Below are positions 1 through 11,867 of a stretch of 64,000 bases of DNA, piece by piece. The notes under the pieces were generated by a model that was given only the letters and a program-made list of their open reading frames with translations, was not told the origin of the DNA and ran no database searches. Every line of letters starts with the position of its first letter. Within the stretch, counting starts at the first letter, position 1. The DNA is taken from contig NC_043001.1 in NCBI RefSeq assembly GCF_006345805.1, forward strand, positions 52,514,001 to 52,578,000. The letters are read 5' to 3'. Both the position numbers and the translations under genes were made by a program. Source of the stretch: Octopus sinensis (Eukaryota).

Positions 1-159
1 AAATCTTTCTTTCGAAATATATGGCATGCAATGTGAAGTGCTCTGAATATCCGAAACGAATATTAAAGAGGTATATTCAGAAACAAAGTGTAGGTCAATT
101 AATAGATTTTAAACATATTTTTAAAAATACACATATATTAATACAATTCAATGCAAATA

Positions 160-330
160 GGCGCAGGAGTGGCTGTGTGGTAAGTAGCTTGCTAACCAAC
201 CACATGGTTCTGGGTTCAGTCCAACTGCGTGGCATCTTGGGCAAGTGTCTTCTGCTATAGCCTCGGGCCGACCAATGCCTTGTGAGTGGATTTGGTAGAC
301 GGAAACTGAAAGAAGCCTGTCGTATATATG

Positions 331-361
<31 letters not shown>

Positions 362-585
362 TTTTGTGTCTGTGTTTGTCCCCCTAGCATTGCTTGACAA
401 CCGATGCTGGTGTGTTTACGTCCCCGTCACTTAGCGGTTCGGCAAAAGAGACCGATAGAATAAGTACTGGGCTTACAAAGAATAAGTCCCGGGGTCGATT
501 TGCTCGACTAAAGGCGGTGCTCCAGCATGGCCGCAGTCAAATGACTGAAACAAGTAAAAGAGAAAAGAGAAAGAGAAAGAGAAAT
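160..585 (+). mobile_element. tRNA-derived SINE, family A, full length
   Basis: Head GGCGCAGGAGTGGCTGTGTGGTAAG with A-box-like and B-box-like (GGTTCAGTCC) motifs, internal (TA)n/(TG)n, and a GA-rich tail; homologous pieces recur at 895, 29010, 37091, 44440, 59490 and 62290. Confidence 0.85.
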
Positions 586-847
586 CAATAGACCTATATA
601 TATAAAAATACTACATATAAATATATAGATAAAAATATGGATAAAAAGAATGAAAAATATTCTAAGTGTAGACAAGGTAAAAAAGGTTCTAGGTATAATT
701 AAAGTAAAGCATATATGGATTACATAAAACAACAGTAGGAAAGCGTCTAAGTCATCAAGTAGCAAATATTTTTTAGACTGTTCAAAGAGCAAATAACTAC
801 ATTACAATAAAATATTAAACATTAAAGAATAGTCCCGTTATTAGAGG

Positions 848-880
<33 letters not shown>

Positions 881-894
881 TACACATACATCTA

Positions 895-1130
895 TCTATG
901 GGCCTTGTCTTTGTGTCTATGTTTGCAGCCCCATTCACCGCTTGACAACTGACACTGATGTGTATACGTTCGCGCACATTAGCAGTTTGAGAAAAAAAGA
1001 AAAAAACGCGCGATACAATAAGTACCAAGTTAAAAAAAAAAGTAAGTCCTGGGGTTGATACATTCGACGAAAAATTCTTCAAGGCTGGGCTGCAGCATGG
1101 CTGCAGTCTGGTGGCTGAAAGAAGTCAAAG
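895..1130 (+). mobile_element. SINE family A, diverged 3' half
   Basis: GCTTGACAAC..., AATAAGTACC, AAGTCCTGGGGTTGAT and CAGCATGGCTGCAGTC align with 380-560. Confidence 0.7.
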
Positions 1131-1132
1131 AT

Positions 1133-1166
<34 letters not shown>

Positions 1167-1244
1167 CGCACGCATGTATATAACACAAACATACACAGAT
1201 GGACATCAATATATCGAAATCTATCTGTCCTCCCCTACATCGGT

Positions 1245-1430
1245 TCCAAAATTTGAACTGGGGCCAATAGGTTCGGAGGATGGGCTGGTCGATTACGAAG
1301 ACGCCAGTGCTCGGCTGTATATATTATCGACCAGGAAAGGATGCAGCACATTTGAACTCGGGGCGTAAAGACCGGAGAAATGCCGATATGCATTTTGCTT
1401 GGCACACTAACGATTCGGCTAGCTCATTGC
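1245..1430 (-). mobile_element. tRNA-derived SINE, family B, diverged
   Basis: TTATCGACC..GAAAGGATG..TTTGAACTC..TAACGATTCGGCTAGCTC aligns with the better copy at 12719-12941. Confidence 0.65.
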
Positions 1431-2087
1431 CTTATCTTCCCCTATATTAATATAAATTAGTAAGATAAGCTAAAACTACGTTCTGAAACGGGCGCCCCTT
1501 AGGAGAAATACGGCGATTACTAACCTTCTACATGACACATATATTAAGTAATGATAATGCTTACTTTACTGAGCTGCTTGGAACAGAGATTTTGTATTTT
1601 GGTCTACTTTTTCGATTCCATTGCAAGTCACCAAGTAGATTTTTACACTATCTATATATTTCATCCAGAGTGAAGTTCGCTGTAGTTACAAGCGTTTAAT
1701 AACAATCATACGTTAGTCGTGTAAAACTAATTTGGAGCGAGTAGAAAGGGAAAGATAATGGTTAGTGGAGGGGAGCCGGAGAGGGTTCGATGATTAAATG
1801 TATACATACATTCATATATATATATATAAACTTACTTGGAGAAAAGAAAAGAAACGAAACGACGCGAGGGCGCTCAGTTATACAAAAATTTAATAAATAA
1901 AATATATGCATACATACATTTATGTACACGCATGGAGTCGAACCGGGGAGAGCTGATGAAGGGGAATGTTCCTTGTGTTGTTGGTCTTGTGCTCTGTTTT
2001 TCGTTGTTAAAAAAAGTCCGTTTCCTTGTTTTTATGTTTTCGTTTCTCGTTGAGTTCTACGTCTATTTGTGGTGTCCTGTACTCATA

Positions 2088-2430
2088 TCTCTTATTATAA
2101 AAGGCAGATTTTATCTGCCTCCCTTTGTCTCTTATAGAAATCTACAATATAGGATTTCTTCAATTACAATTTTCCTAGCATTTTTAAGAGTAGAATGCAT
2201 CGGGTCGTGCCAGGTCCAGTTTTTAAAATTTCAACCCCAATTAAGCAAAATTTAGAGAAAACTCACATTGTGGTGTCTAAGTCAAGTGCTTTTCTTAGTG
2301 TGGGCTACAGCACACGCACACGCACACACACACAAACGGAGCGAACTGTTTCACTCACGCTATCACCCTAATTTCTCCTTTCTCTTTGCAAGTGTGCAAC
2401 GATTAAAGTGAAAGTAATTCACTTTTTCTA
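2088..2430 (+). mobile_element. Helitron-like non-autonomous element, 5' part
   Basis: Starts A|TCTCTTATTATAAAAGGCAG with a subterminal hairpin AGGCAGA..TCTGCCT; a reverse-complement copy ends at 45572. The 3' end was not found. Confidence 0.55.
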
Positions 2431-2580
2431 GTGAGTGACTCTTTCACTCTGCATTCCCATTTCCTCTTTACACACAAAGACACGCAAATATATAAATAAA
2501 ATTGTAAGCTAACGTGTGTGTGTGCGTGTGTGTGAGTGTGTGTGTGTGCGTGTGTGTGTGTGTGTGTGACAGGAAAGTAT

Positions 2581-3250
2581 TTTAGGACGAATATAAGACC
2601 TAAAGTATATCCAAGTAGCAGAAAGATCGCCCAAAAGTGTATATAGATATTTAAATGTATTTATATATTCATCTATACACAGATGTATGTATAATGTGTG
2701 TGTATATATTTCCATAGAGGTAACCTTTCACTCCATACAAAGTTTTTTAGGACGAATATAAGATCTAAAGTATATACAAGTAGCAGAAAGATCGCCCAAA
2801 AGTGTATATAGATATTTAAATGTATTTATATATTCATCTATACACAGATGTATGTATAATGTGTGTGTATATATTTCCATAGACGTAACCATTCACTCCA
2901 CACAAAGTTTTTTAGGACGAAAATAAGATCTAAAGTTATCTCTAAGTAGCACAAAGATCGCCCAAAAGTGTATATGGATATATAAATGTATTTATATATT
3001 CAGCTATGCACACATGTATGTATAACGTGTGTGTATATATTCCATAGAGGTAACCATTCACTCCATACAAAGTTTTTTAGGACGAAAAAAGATCTAAAGT
3101 TATCTCTAAGAAACAGAAAGATCGCCCAAAAGTGTATATAGATATTTAAATGTATTTATATATTCATCTATACACACATGTATGTATAATGTGCGTGTAT
3201 ATATTTCCATAGAGGTAACCATTCAATCCATACAAAGTTTTTTAGGACGA
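2581..3250. repeat. Tandem array, 165-bp unit x4 plus a partial copy
   Basis: TTTAGGACGA occurs at 2581, 2746, 2911, 3076 and 3241 (exact 165-bp period); units are highly similar. Confidence 0.95.
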
Positions 3251-3254
3251 AAAT

Positions 3255-4098
3255 ATTATATATAAAAGAAAGGTTGTGTGTCTGTCTACTCCGATTTAGA
3301 TTCCTAACTACTCCCACATTTTGCGATGCAGTTTAACCAAAACCGGGTATCTTATAGTCGTGATTCATATCGAGCCCTTCTGGGTATTAGCGCGCGTCTA
3401 CGATGAGTCTATGATTTTACAAATAATTTACCATCATTTTTTTCCATTTTAATGCATATTTTTTTAATAAAGGGAAGTAACTCTCAAACTTCACACCAAT
3501 ATGCGTGCTCATATGCGACGTAATATCACATCAGCAGCATTTCCTCACACCCTCCTTTCACTTGGCGAAGGCAAAATACCAGGGGATGAAAATGGTGATA
3601 TTGCCATCGATTCCATTTGTACCATTGTTAAGACGCCTTCTGATCTCAGAGATGCAGTGTTCCCAGATCTACAAGCTAATTATCAGAATATGGATTGGAT
3701 TGGCAAAAAGGCTATACTGGCCCCGAGGAATAAAACTGTTCACCATATTAATGATGAAATGCTAAAACTCATTCCTGGAGAAGTCTATGTATAGCAGTCT
3801 ATCGATACAACTCCTGACCCAGAGGACGTCATCAACTATCCAATAGAGGTACTCAATTCCTTTGAACACACCGGACTACCACCACACTTTCTTAAACTTA
3901 AAGTTGGTGCCCCTATAATGCTCATCAGAAATTTGGTTCCCCCAAAGCAATGCAATGGCACACGTTTGATCGTTAAGTCCTTATCTCCCACCGTAAACTT
4001 ATATCAATATTTGCCTGAATAATCATCATAATTCAGTGCAATCATTAACAGTACTTTCAAGCAATTCAGCACCGAGCAACGCCGGGCAATTCTGCTAG
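3255..4098 (+). mobile_element. Internally deleted Helitron carrying a PIF1-helicase fragment
   Basis: 5' TATATATAAAAG..GGTTGTGTGTCTGTCT matches the Helitron at 43496-43889; 3' hairpin CCGAGCAACGCCGG followed by CTAG|T at 4095-4099. Confidence 0.85.
3501..3990 (+). pseudogene. Helitron Rep/Hel PIF1-like helicase fragment (disrupted)
   Basis: LLSLGEG, AILAPRN and INDEMLKLIPGE, then past a disruption near 3792 [21 protein letters not shown] and CNGTRLIV; these are hallmark Helitron helicase motifs. Confidence 0.9.
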
Positions 4099-4458
4099 TA
4101 TATATATATACATGTATATGTAGGTACGTACATATATGTATGTATGCATATATTTTATTAAATTATATATATATATATATATATGTATATATTCTACAAC
4201 TTCAATATACCAGTCTGCCTAAAAATGGATCTACAACTTCAATATCCCTACATATCCTGCATCGATTTTCTTTCCTCCACCTCACTCTATTTTGCATCCT
4301 ATTTAAACTAACTATTACTTAACCATCCTCTCACAGCATCTGCGATGAAGGGATATAAGTAATAAATATCCTGGAAACAATGTAAGACCTTCTATCTAAA
4401 ATTTTCTAATATCAACACAGCCTTGGTTTTTTCATCTCATTATGCAATATATATATAT

Positions 4459-4501
<43 letters not shown>

Positions 4502-4544
4502 ATATTATATATATATATATAATATATATATATATATAATCATT

Positions 4545-5144
4545 AATAAATCTCTAAGCGAGGTATAAACAGTAACTGCTCTGTAATATAAGCGGGATCA
4601 GCCATCTGAATGTGGCTAGGGACAGGGCGGGGTGGTGGGGGTGTTACTGATGCATTTAGCCCCAGGCGACTATAGACGTCACCAGAAGAGCCGACACCAT
4701 CACGGTGTCCTGGGGCTAAATGCATCAGTAACATCCCCACCACCCCGCCCTGTCCCTAGCCACATTCAGATGGCTGATCCCGCTTATATTACAGAGCAGT
4801 TACTGTTTATACCTCGCTTAGAGATTTATTATTGTTATCGAACAGATTTTCGACGCCAGTGACTGTGTTTACTGTGAAAATCTATATATTTCTAGCCTGT
4901 AGAGGAAGTCCCTCAACGAAGAACGGTGCTTGCCATGCGCTGACGAGAGGCGACCACCTCGAAACCGGTCCGTGTGTAGCATCCGTATCTTCGGGGAGGC
5001 TGATCTCCCTTCACAGGCTAGCAAGGACACCGCGATGGTGTCGGCTCTTCTGGTGACGTCTATAGTCACCTGGGGCTAAATGCATCAGTAACACCCCCAC
5101 CACCCCGCCCTGTCCCTAGCCACATTCAGATGGCTGATCCCGCT
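4545..5144 (+). mobile_element. Non-coding retrozyme-like or solo-pLTR insertion with 5' inversion and TSD
   Basis: Direct repeat 4709-4789 = 5069-5149 (360-bp period); 4545-4711 is an inverted copy of monomer sequence; flanked by TATATATAATCATT at 4531-4544 and 5145-5158; contains an HHR. Confidence 0.8.
4934..4976 (+). ncRNA. Type I hammerhead ribozyme, canonical core
   Basis: CATGCG-CTGACGA-GAGG(CGACCA)CCTC-GAAA-CCGG-TC-CGTGTG: stem I 6 bp (two G-U), stem II 4 bp, palindromic ACCGGU stem III, GUC site after 4970. Confidence 0.85.
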
Positions 5145-5595
5145 TATATATAATCATTGTATCACCATTATTATTCATGACTAAATTAACGAAAATCTTG
5201 GAAGTGATGTTATAAAAAGAAGAGTTGGATAATCTCTAATTTTGAGGTAGAAGATGTTTTATGGGCCACCAAAAATCCATAAATATGAATAAATCAACAA
5301 GAACTTAAAAACTTTCATACACGATATCTATATAATTCCCTAGCCGTTATTCCAAGGCCAACAACTAGCAGTGAATGATTAAGCAATTTGCTGGATATGA
5401 TTTGCAGACATTGTGGAAATTGGTGTCCACTTGTATCAGAGATAACATGGACTTCGTAAACTGTATTTAAGAAATTATGAATAAACAATGATTCTCATTA
5501 GTTTCTATGTAACCGGTCTTTTACATAAATATATCGGCCATAGATTAGCATCGAAAGCTGTAGAAGGCTGGATAGACAAATAACCATGAAGAATT

Positions 5596-5785
<190 letters not shown>

Positions 5786-5886
5786 TACCGGAGTAAACAC
5801 ATAAATGTGAAACAAGGTGGAAAAAAGTGTACTCAAATACCAGTGGTAGAGTAATATGCTTTATTTTAAGCAGCAGAAAATTCAAC

Positions 5887-5934
5887 AAAATCTGGTACTC
5901 TGAGTTTCTCGTTGCCGTTCATCAGACAGTTTTT
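5887..5934 (-). ncRNA. Hammerhead-like motif (inverted copy of 8124-8171)
   Basis: Reverse complement reads ACTGT-CTGATGA-ACGGCAACGA-GAAA-CTCAGAG-TA-CCAG. Confidence 0.55.
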
Positions 5935-6497
5935 GCTAGAATGGAACCGATATATCAATTCAATCTATACTCTTACAAACGCTACACCTTTAAAAAGAAA
6001 TGGACTTGTTTGATTGGCCCTTTAGAAAAAACGGTCAATCTTCGAGCGATAAACAAAAGGTCAAAAATATATGTATATATATATAAAAAACTTATAAAAT
6101 TATAAAATCCGAGGAAAAAACCTTACATTGAATAAAATACATATTGACGTTAATGAAGAAAGTGCAAATTAATGCATAGAAATTAAACCTGTTATAAATA
6201 TTACACTGCAATACATATTTATATTAAAATCTACATATATATATCAACATACACAAAATTATGCGCGAAACGCCATACATATACAGACGTATGAATATAA
6301 AACTAATATACACATAAAAGCATGTGTACATATATTCACGCAAAACCATCTCGCACGCCAGTTAAAAAGATCTATGTAGCGATTCTCATATACTGAGTAA
6401 GGGGGGGGGACGAAAGAAAGGGAGAGAGAGAGAAAGAGGAACGAAGGTGGTGTAGGGAAAAAAACGAAATAAGAAAAAATTATGTATACAAGCAGTG

Positions 6498-7051
6498 TAA
6501 AGGTTAGCTATTCTTGTTGCAGAAATTTCGCCTCTTACATTAGCCAACATAATAGGAAGCTAATTGAGATTAGACATGGTGCCGAGACCATTAAGAAGTG
6601 TAATTTCAAAAACGAAAGTTCCTGTCCGTTGGAAGGGAAATGTCTGGTGAAAGGAGTAGTTTATAGAGCCAAGGTGCAAGTGGAAGGCTCATCGGAATAC
6701 AAGACATACACAGGGGCTTCAGAAAATTCATTTAAAACAAGATTTTATTCTCATAAAAATTCATTTAAATACCCAGAGAATAGGAAGAAAACCAGCCTAG
6801 CAAAATATGTCTGGGAACTAAAAGAAAAGGAAGCCCCATCTTTCAACGTGACATGGAGCATTCTGGACAGGGCGGCACCATACAGGCATGGAGCATACAA
6901 AAATAATTTCACGTGCAAGCTTTGTCTATTAGAAAAAATGTACATCTTATTCAAAGACAATCATTCTTTGAATCAAAGAAGTGAGCTAATGAACTTATGT
7001 AGGCACGCGGCTAAATTTAAAATGTCGAATATAAATATACCATATGGATAG
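6498..7051 (+). CDS. C-terminal GIY-YIG endonuclease of a PLE (5'-truncated, otherwise open)
   Basis: VKVSYSC..N..HN, CPLEGKCL, VVYRAKV..YTGASENSFKTRFYSHKNSF, CKLCLLEK and LNQRSELMNLCRH. The first residues of the track ORF (6482) come from the inverted repeat. The Naiad assignment is from recalled motifs. Confidence 0.85.
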
Positions 7052-8123
7052 AGTATATATTTTGTATTTTTGATTTTGATTTTGACTCTTGAACGATGAG
7101 CGCTACGATGGATTTTGTTTCCAAGCTATGCGGATCTTAATCCGTATAGCACAGTCTTATGTTTCTACATATATATTAGGAAAAACCTCCAACTTTGTTT
7201 TCATGTTATTGTATTGTATAGGATTACCTTGATTATTTATATTACCTTGATTATTTATAAATGACCCAAAATAGGATGTTATATTTTATTTTATATGTCT
7301 TTCGTATATATTTTTATTAATGCACCCATTTTTTTAAAAAAAAGCAATGTTTTTTTTAAAAAAAGCAATGTTGTCAAAATTAGAATGTTGATATAAGTAT
7401 GTGTATAGCAAAGCATATGTATTTGTAAGCATGCGTATCTGTGTATGTGTAAGTGAAAGTATGTTTGTGCTTAAGCACACATATACACGACTGTATGTAT
7501 ATGTATCCATTCAAACTTGTGTATGTATACTCGTCTCTATATATGCCAATAATGCCGTTACACTGCTTGTATACATAATTTTTTCTTATTTCGTTTTTTT
7601 CCCTACACCTCCTTCGTTCCTTTTTCTCTCTCTCCCTTTCTTTCGTCCCCCCTTACTCAGTATATGAGAATCGCTACATAGATCTTTTTTAACTGGCGTG
7701 CGAGATGGTTTTGCGTGAATATATGTACACATGCTTTTATGTGTATATTTAGTTTTATATTCATACGTCTGTATATGTATGGCGTTTGCGCGCATAATTT
7801 TGTGTATGTTGATATATATATGTAGATTTTAATATAAATATGTATTGCAGTGTAATATTTATAGCAGGTTTAATTTCTATGCATTAATTTGCACTTTCTT
7901 CATTAACGTCAATATGTATTTTATTCAATGTAAGGTTTTTTCCTCGGATTTTATAATTTTTATAAGTTTTTTTATATATATATACATATATTTTTGACCT
8001 TTTGTTTATCGCTCGAAGATTGACCGTTTTTTCTAAAGGGCCAATCAAACAAGTCCATTTCTTTTTAAAGGTGTAGCGTTTGTAAGAGTATAGATTGAAT
8101 TGATATATCGGTTCCATTCTAGC

Positions 8124-8171
8124 AAAAACTGTCTGATGAACGGCAACGAGAAACTCAGAGTAACAGATTTT
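8124..8171 (+). ncRNA. Hammerhead-like motif in the PLE pLTR
   Basis: AAAAACTGT-CTGATGA-A.CG(GCAA)CG.A-GAAA-CTCAGAG-TA-ACAGATTTT; stem I and stem III (ACTC/GAGT) pair; stem II is only 2 bp with an A-A mismatch and a GNRA loop. Confidence 0.6.
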
Positions 8172-8206
8172 GTTGAATTTTCTGCTGCTTAAAATAAAGT
8201 ATATAT

Positions 8207-8254
<48 letters not shown>

Positions 8255-8275
8255 TATATATATATATAGCCACAA

Positions 8276-8582
<307 letters not shown>

Positions 8583-9546
8583 GAGTGAGAGAGAGAGAGG
8601 GAGGGAGTGAGAACTGACTTTATAAAGTTATTTTACGTTTATATCGTAGGTCATTTACTAGGAGGGTTATATTACTCCTATGTTAGATACTGAAGAATAA
8701 TTTTTTATGTTTGTTATCATATTTCTATCAAAATACAGTGAATGCTGTATTTAGATAGAAATGTACTTCTGATGTATTTCAACGTCTTTAATAACTCTTT
8801 CCACATAGTAAGTTTTTAAGTTTTTCGAGTGTTCTCTAAATAACGATAAACACGAGACAGTTGTTCTCTCAAACACCGTCGTGTAATCTATTTTAAGTTT
8901 TTTCCTGGAAAATATGCTAACGTCAACATGGATAATGTTTCAACATAACAAAAATACAATTTATTCGTATATACATGAAAACCTGTCACCAATTCCTTAT
9001 CTTTCTCTGGAATAAAATCTACTACTGTCATGGTGGTATACTATATGTGATTAATCGATCAAGATAATAGCTTGTAGTTCACAATGGTAGGGTTGCATAA
9101 GAAAACAAGTTTGAAATAATTGCTTTTCCCTTAGCTATATCTAAATCTGAACCATACTCTAGTTCCGAAGGTTAATCCATCAAGCTGTCGACTGTCACAA
9201 ATTAAATTGCAATTTGGTACGCACGGTAAATTTGAAAATATAATACATATATTCAAACGATTTGAAGGAAATGATAAGTATACCTCTATATTATATTTGC
9301 TGTCAATCTTTTACTTAACGTCCTACTGTCTAACGTTTGTGTAATGTATCATACGGAAGAGTTGTGAAAAGGAAATTAATGCGTAATATTATTTACTCCA
9401 GGCATGTTTACGTTTCTTTTAGTTTCGGAACAGCTTGTTTGCTGCTTGTTTTGGAGAAAAAAAGGAAAATATAAAGTAGTTGAAGTTGGAAAGAAGGAAT
9501 TTTCAGAACGGTGAATGCGAACTCAAGAGCCTCTTTCATATGTGTT

Positions 9547-9585
<39 letters not shown>

Positions 9586-9987
9586 ATCCATGAATGTATT
9601 TTTATGCTTTTGCTTGTTTCAGTCTTTGCCTGCCCTCATGCTGGAGCACCGCCTTTAACTAACAGCATGCTTATATATATAATGACATATTTTTATATTT
9701 TGTAGTTAGGTATCGTCTATATTGTTTGCCGACATATGTAGTAAAAAGCAAGATGATTTAGTTTTCAACAATTTCTAGTTCTTAGTGATTCTATTGATAC
9801 AAACAACATTTCCAGGCACATTTTCAGAAAAATAACTCAGAAAGGCGAATGCTAGTACCGTAAAAATAAGGATCGTCAATACAAATAATTGGTTTGCTTT
9901 TATATTTTCTGTCATTACGTCCATATGTAAGAAGGTTTGTAATTGCTTCAACCTTGGTTTTAATGTAGGAATTTTTTCTAAACTTAT

Positions 9988-10200
9988 GGTGGCAAGCTGG
10001 CAGAATCGCTAGCAAGCCGGACAAAATACTTAGCGGCATCTCGTTCCTCTTTACGTTCTGAGTTAAAGTACCGCCGAAGTCAACTTGCCCTTCATACTTT
10101 TGAGGTCGATAAAATAAGTACTAATTAAGCAGTAGGGTCGATGCATTTGACATAGCCCCTACCTCAAACTTGCTGGCTTTGTACCAAATTTGAAATCAAT
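9988..10200 (+). mobile_element. tRNA-derived SINE family B
   Basis: GGTGGCAAGCTGGCAGAATCG head, B-box-like GAGTTAAAGTACC, and central CCCTTCATACTTTTGAGGTCGATAAAATAAGTAC. Confidence 0.8.
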
Positions 10201-10494
10201 ATTTTAAAAACTGACATTTTCCTTGTATATATTTAACGGTTGCATGTGAAATTAGATTCGGATCCTACCATGGAAACCATGCGCATTTTTGTATTGTTAG
10301 AAGAAAAAATATAAATGTTCGCTGTGTGTTACTCGTACTATTTTCTGAGGTGATAGAATGAAGCATTAAGTTAACTCCAGTGAAGTTTAAATTTAGGATG
10401 CAGGAAATAAAATTCAATGTCTTCAGGCATGTAGTGCAGTAACCTTCGGATAATTGCTAATACTACTTTCATTATATTCACTCTCTCTCATATA

Positions 10495-10539
<45 letters not shown>

Positions 10540-10549
10540 ATATATAATG

Positions 10550-11530
10550 TTGCTCTGACGCCACACCCAGTACCTCAACCCTAGTTCGTCTGGCAGGGCT
10601 CGTCCTCACCCTCAGCTGCTTTATTTTCACCGAAGAGACCTACCAACAAAGATCTGGGGTCGCGATGGGAACGAGAATGGGCCCAATTCGCCAACCTATT
10701 TGTTGGTCACATTGAGGCCCAAGTATTCTCCCAATTCTCAGGGCCCATCCCAGAGCTATACGGTCGATACATAGACGATTGTATAGGCGCCACCTCCCTG
10801 TCCCGCGAACAACTCTGTCACTTCATCTCTTTCCTCTCTAACTTTACCTTGCTCGCCAATTTTCCTGTTCACGCATCGAGGATAACCCTCAACCCCTTTC
10901 CAAACCACCCTTGCCCGTGCTCGTCGAATCGATTGCACCACCTCTCTCCCTACATCAATCCTCTAACCTTTCCTATCCTATTCTATCCTTCCACCCTACC
11001 CCCTCGTCGGAGGACCCTACGGGTCTTCCGTCGTCTTCTGATAGATCTCACCACCCACTCCATTTTCCACAACCCAACCGTGTCCTCCTTTAAACGCGCC
11101 TGAATCCTACGCGACCTACTGATCCATAGCACCTTCTCCTCTCACCTCCAGCCCCACCTGGATCTTGCCCGTGCTCTAGATCCCGCTGTCACATCTGCCC
11201 TTTAATCACCAACACCGCCTCCCTCACTGGTTCCAACCAGCACACTCTCCACATTATAAACTCCTCCTGCACCTCTTCAAGCCTTATCCAATGCATTAGA
11301 TGTAATCTCTGTAATAAAATCTACGTAAGTCAGACGGGCCGCCGGCTGGCCGACCGTTCGCCGAACATCTAAGACATGTTCGGCTACGCACGAACATATT
11401 CGCTCGTCATATTCGCTTGGACAAACACACCCCTAATATCTCCGTCTTTGGCCTCGTCCTGCACCCGGATCCACACACTCGCGACTCAGCCTGGAACAGC
11501 GTTACAGTTTTAGTCTACAACACCCCCTCT
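10550..11530 (+). pseudogene. Decayed Neptune-type PLE (RT and GIY-YIG fragments)
   Basis: YQQRSGVAMGTRMGP, FANLFVG, YGRYIDDCIG, Cys linker CSRSRCHICP, and CIRCNLCNKIYVSQTGRRLADR; frameshifts and an internal deletion. Confidence 0.85.
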
Positions 11531-11867
11531 TAACGACTGTCTATACAAACTCCTTAAAAAAGCAACTTTTATTTTATTTTATTCTCTTTTATTTTAGTTC
11601 ATCTTACTTTTTCTTCCCTTATACCCATTGCCTTTTTTTACACTGTTATTCCTTCTCGTTTTTTTTTATCATTTTCTTTCTGTCGTAGTGTTTAACTTAA
11701 TTGCGTTATTTTTTTATAATTATATTATTTTCTATTTTATCCCTTTAATTTTTATTATTTTATTTTAATTTTTTATCTTATTTTTTATAAGGTAATTTTT
11801 ATAAATTTTTTTACATCTTGTACCTTTTTCCCTTCCCTCTTTATATATCAATTGTATTGTATATTTT

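Larger units (their letters stand above)
5790..8199 (+). mobile_element. 5'-truncated Penelope-like element (Naiad-like) with inverted pLTR segment at its 5' end
   Basis: 5859-6500 is a near-identical reverse complement of 7558-8199, bracketing a GIY-YIG ORF; an HHR-like motif is present in both copies. Confidence 0.85.

Noticed and set aside
160-240. tRNA gene call for SINE heads
   Set aside because: The tRNA-like heads continue into SINE bodies and are multicopy and diverged.
2581-3250. CRISPR-like array
   Set aside because: The units are contiguous repeats with no unique spacers, and the context is eukaryotic.
7052-7150. Possible SECIS after the Naiad-like ORF (ATGA..GGA)
   Set aside because: Helix II pairs poorly, there is no apical AA, and the visible ORF has no in-frame TGA.
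10330-10435. CTGAAGA...GAAA on the minus strand
   Set aside because: Stems I, II and III do not pair.
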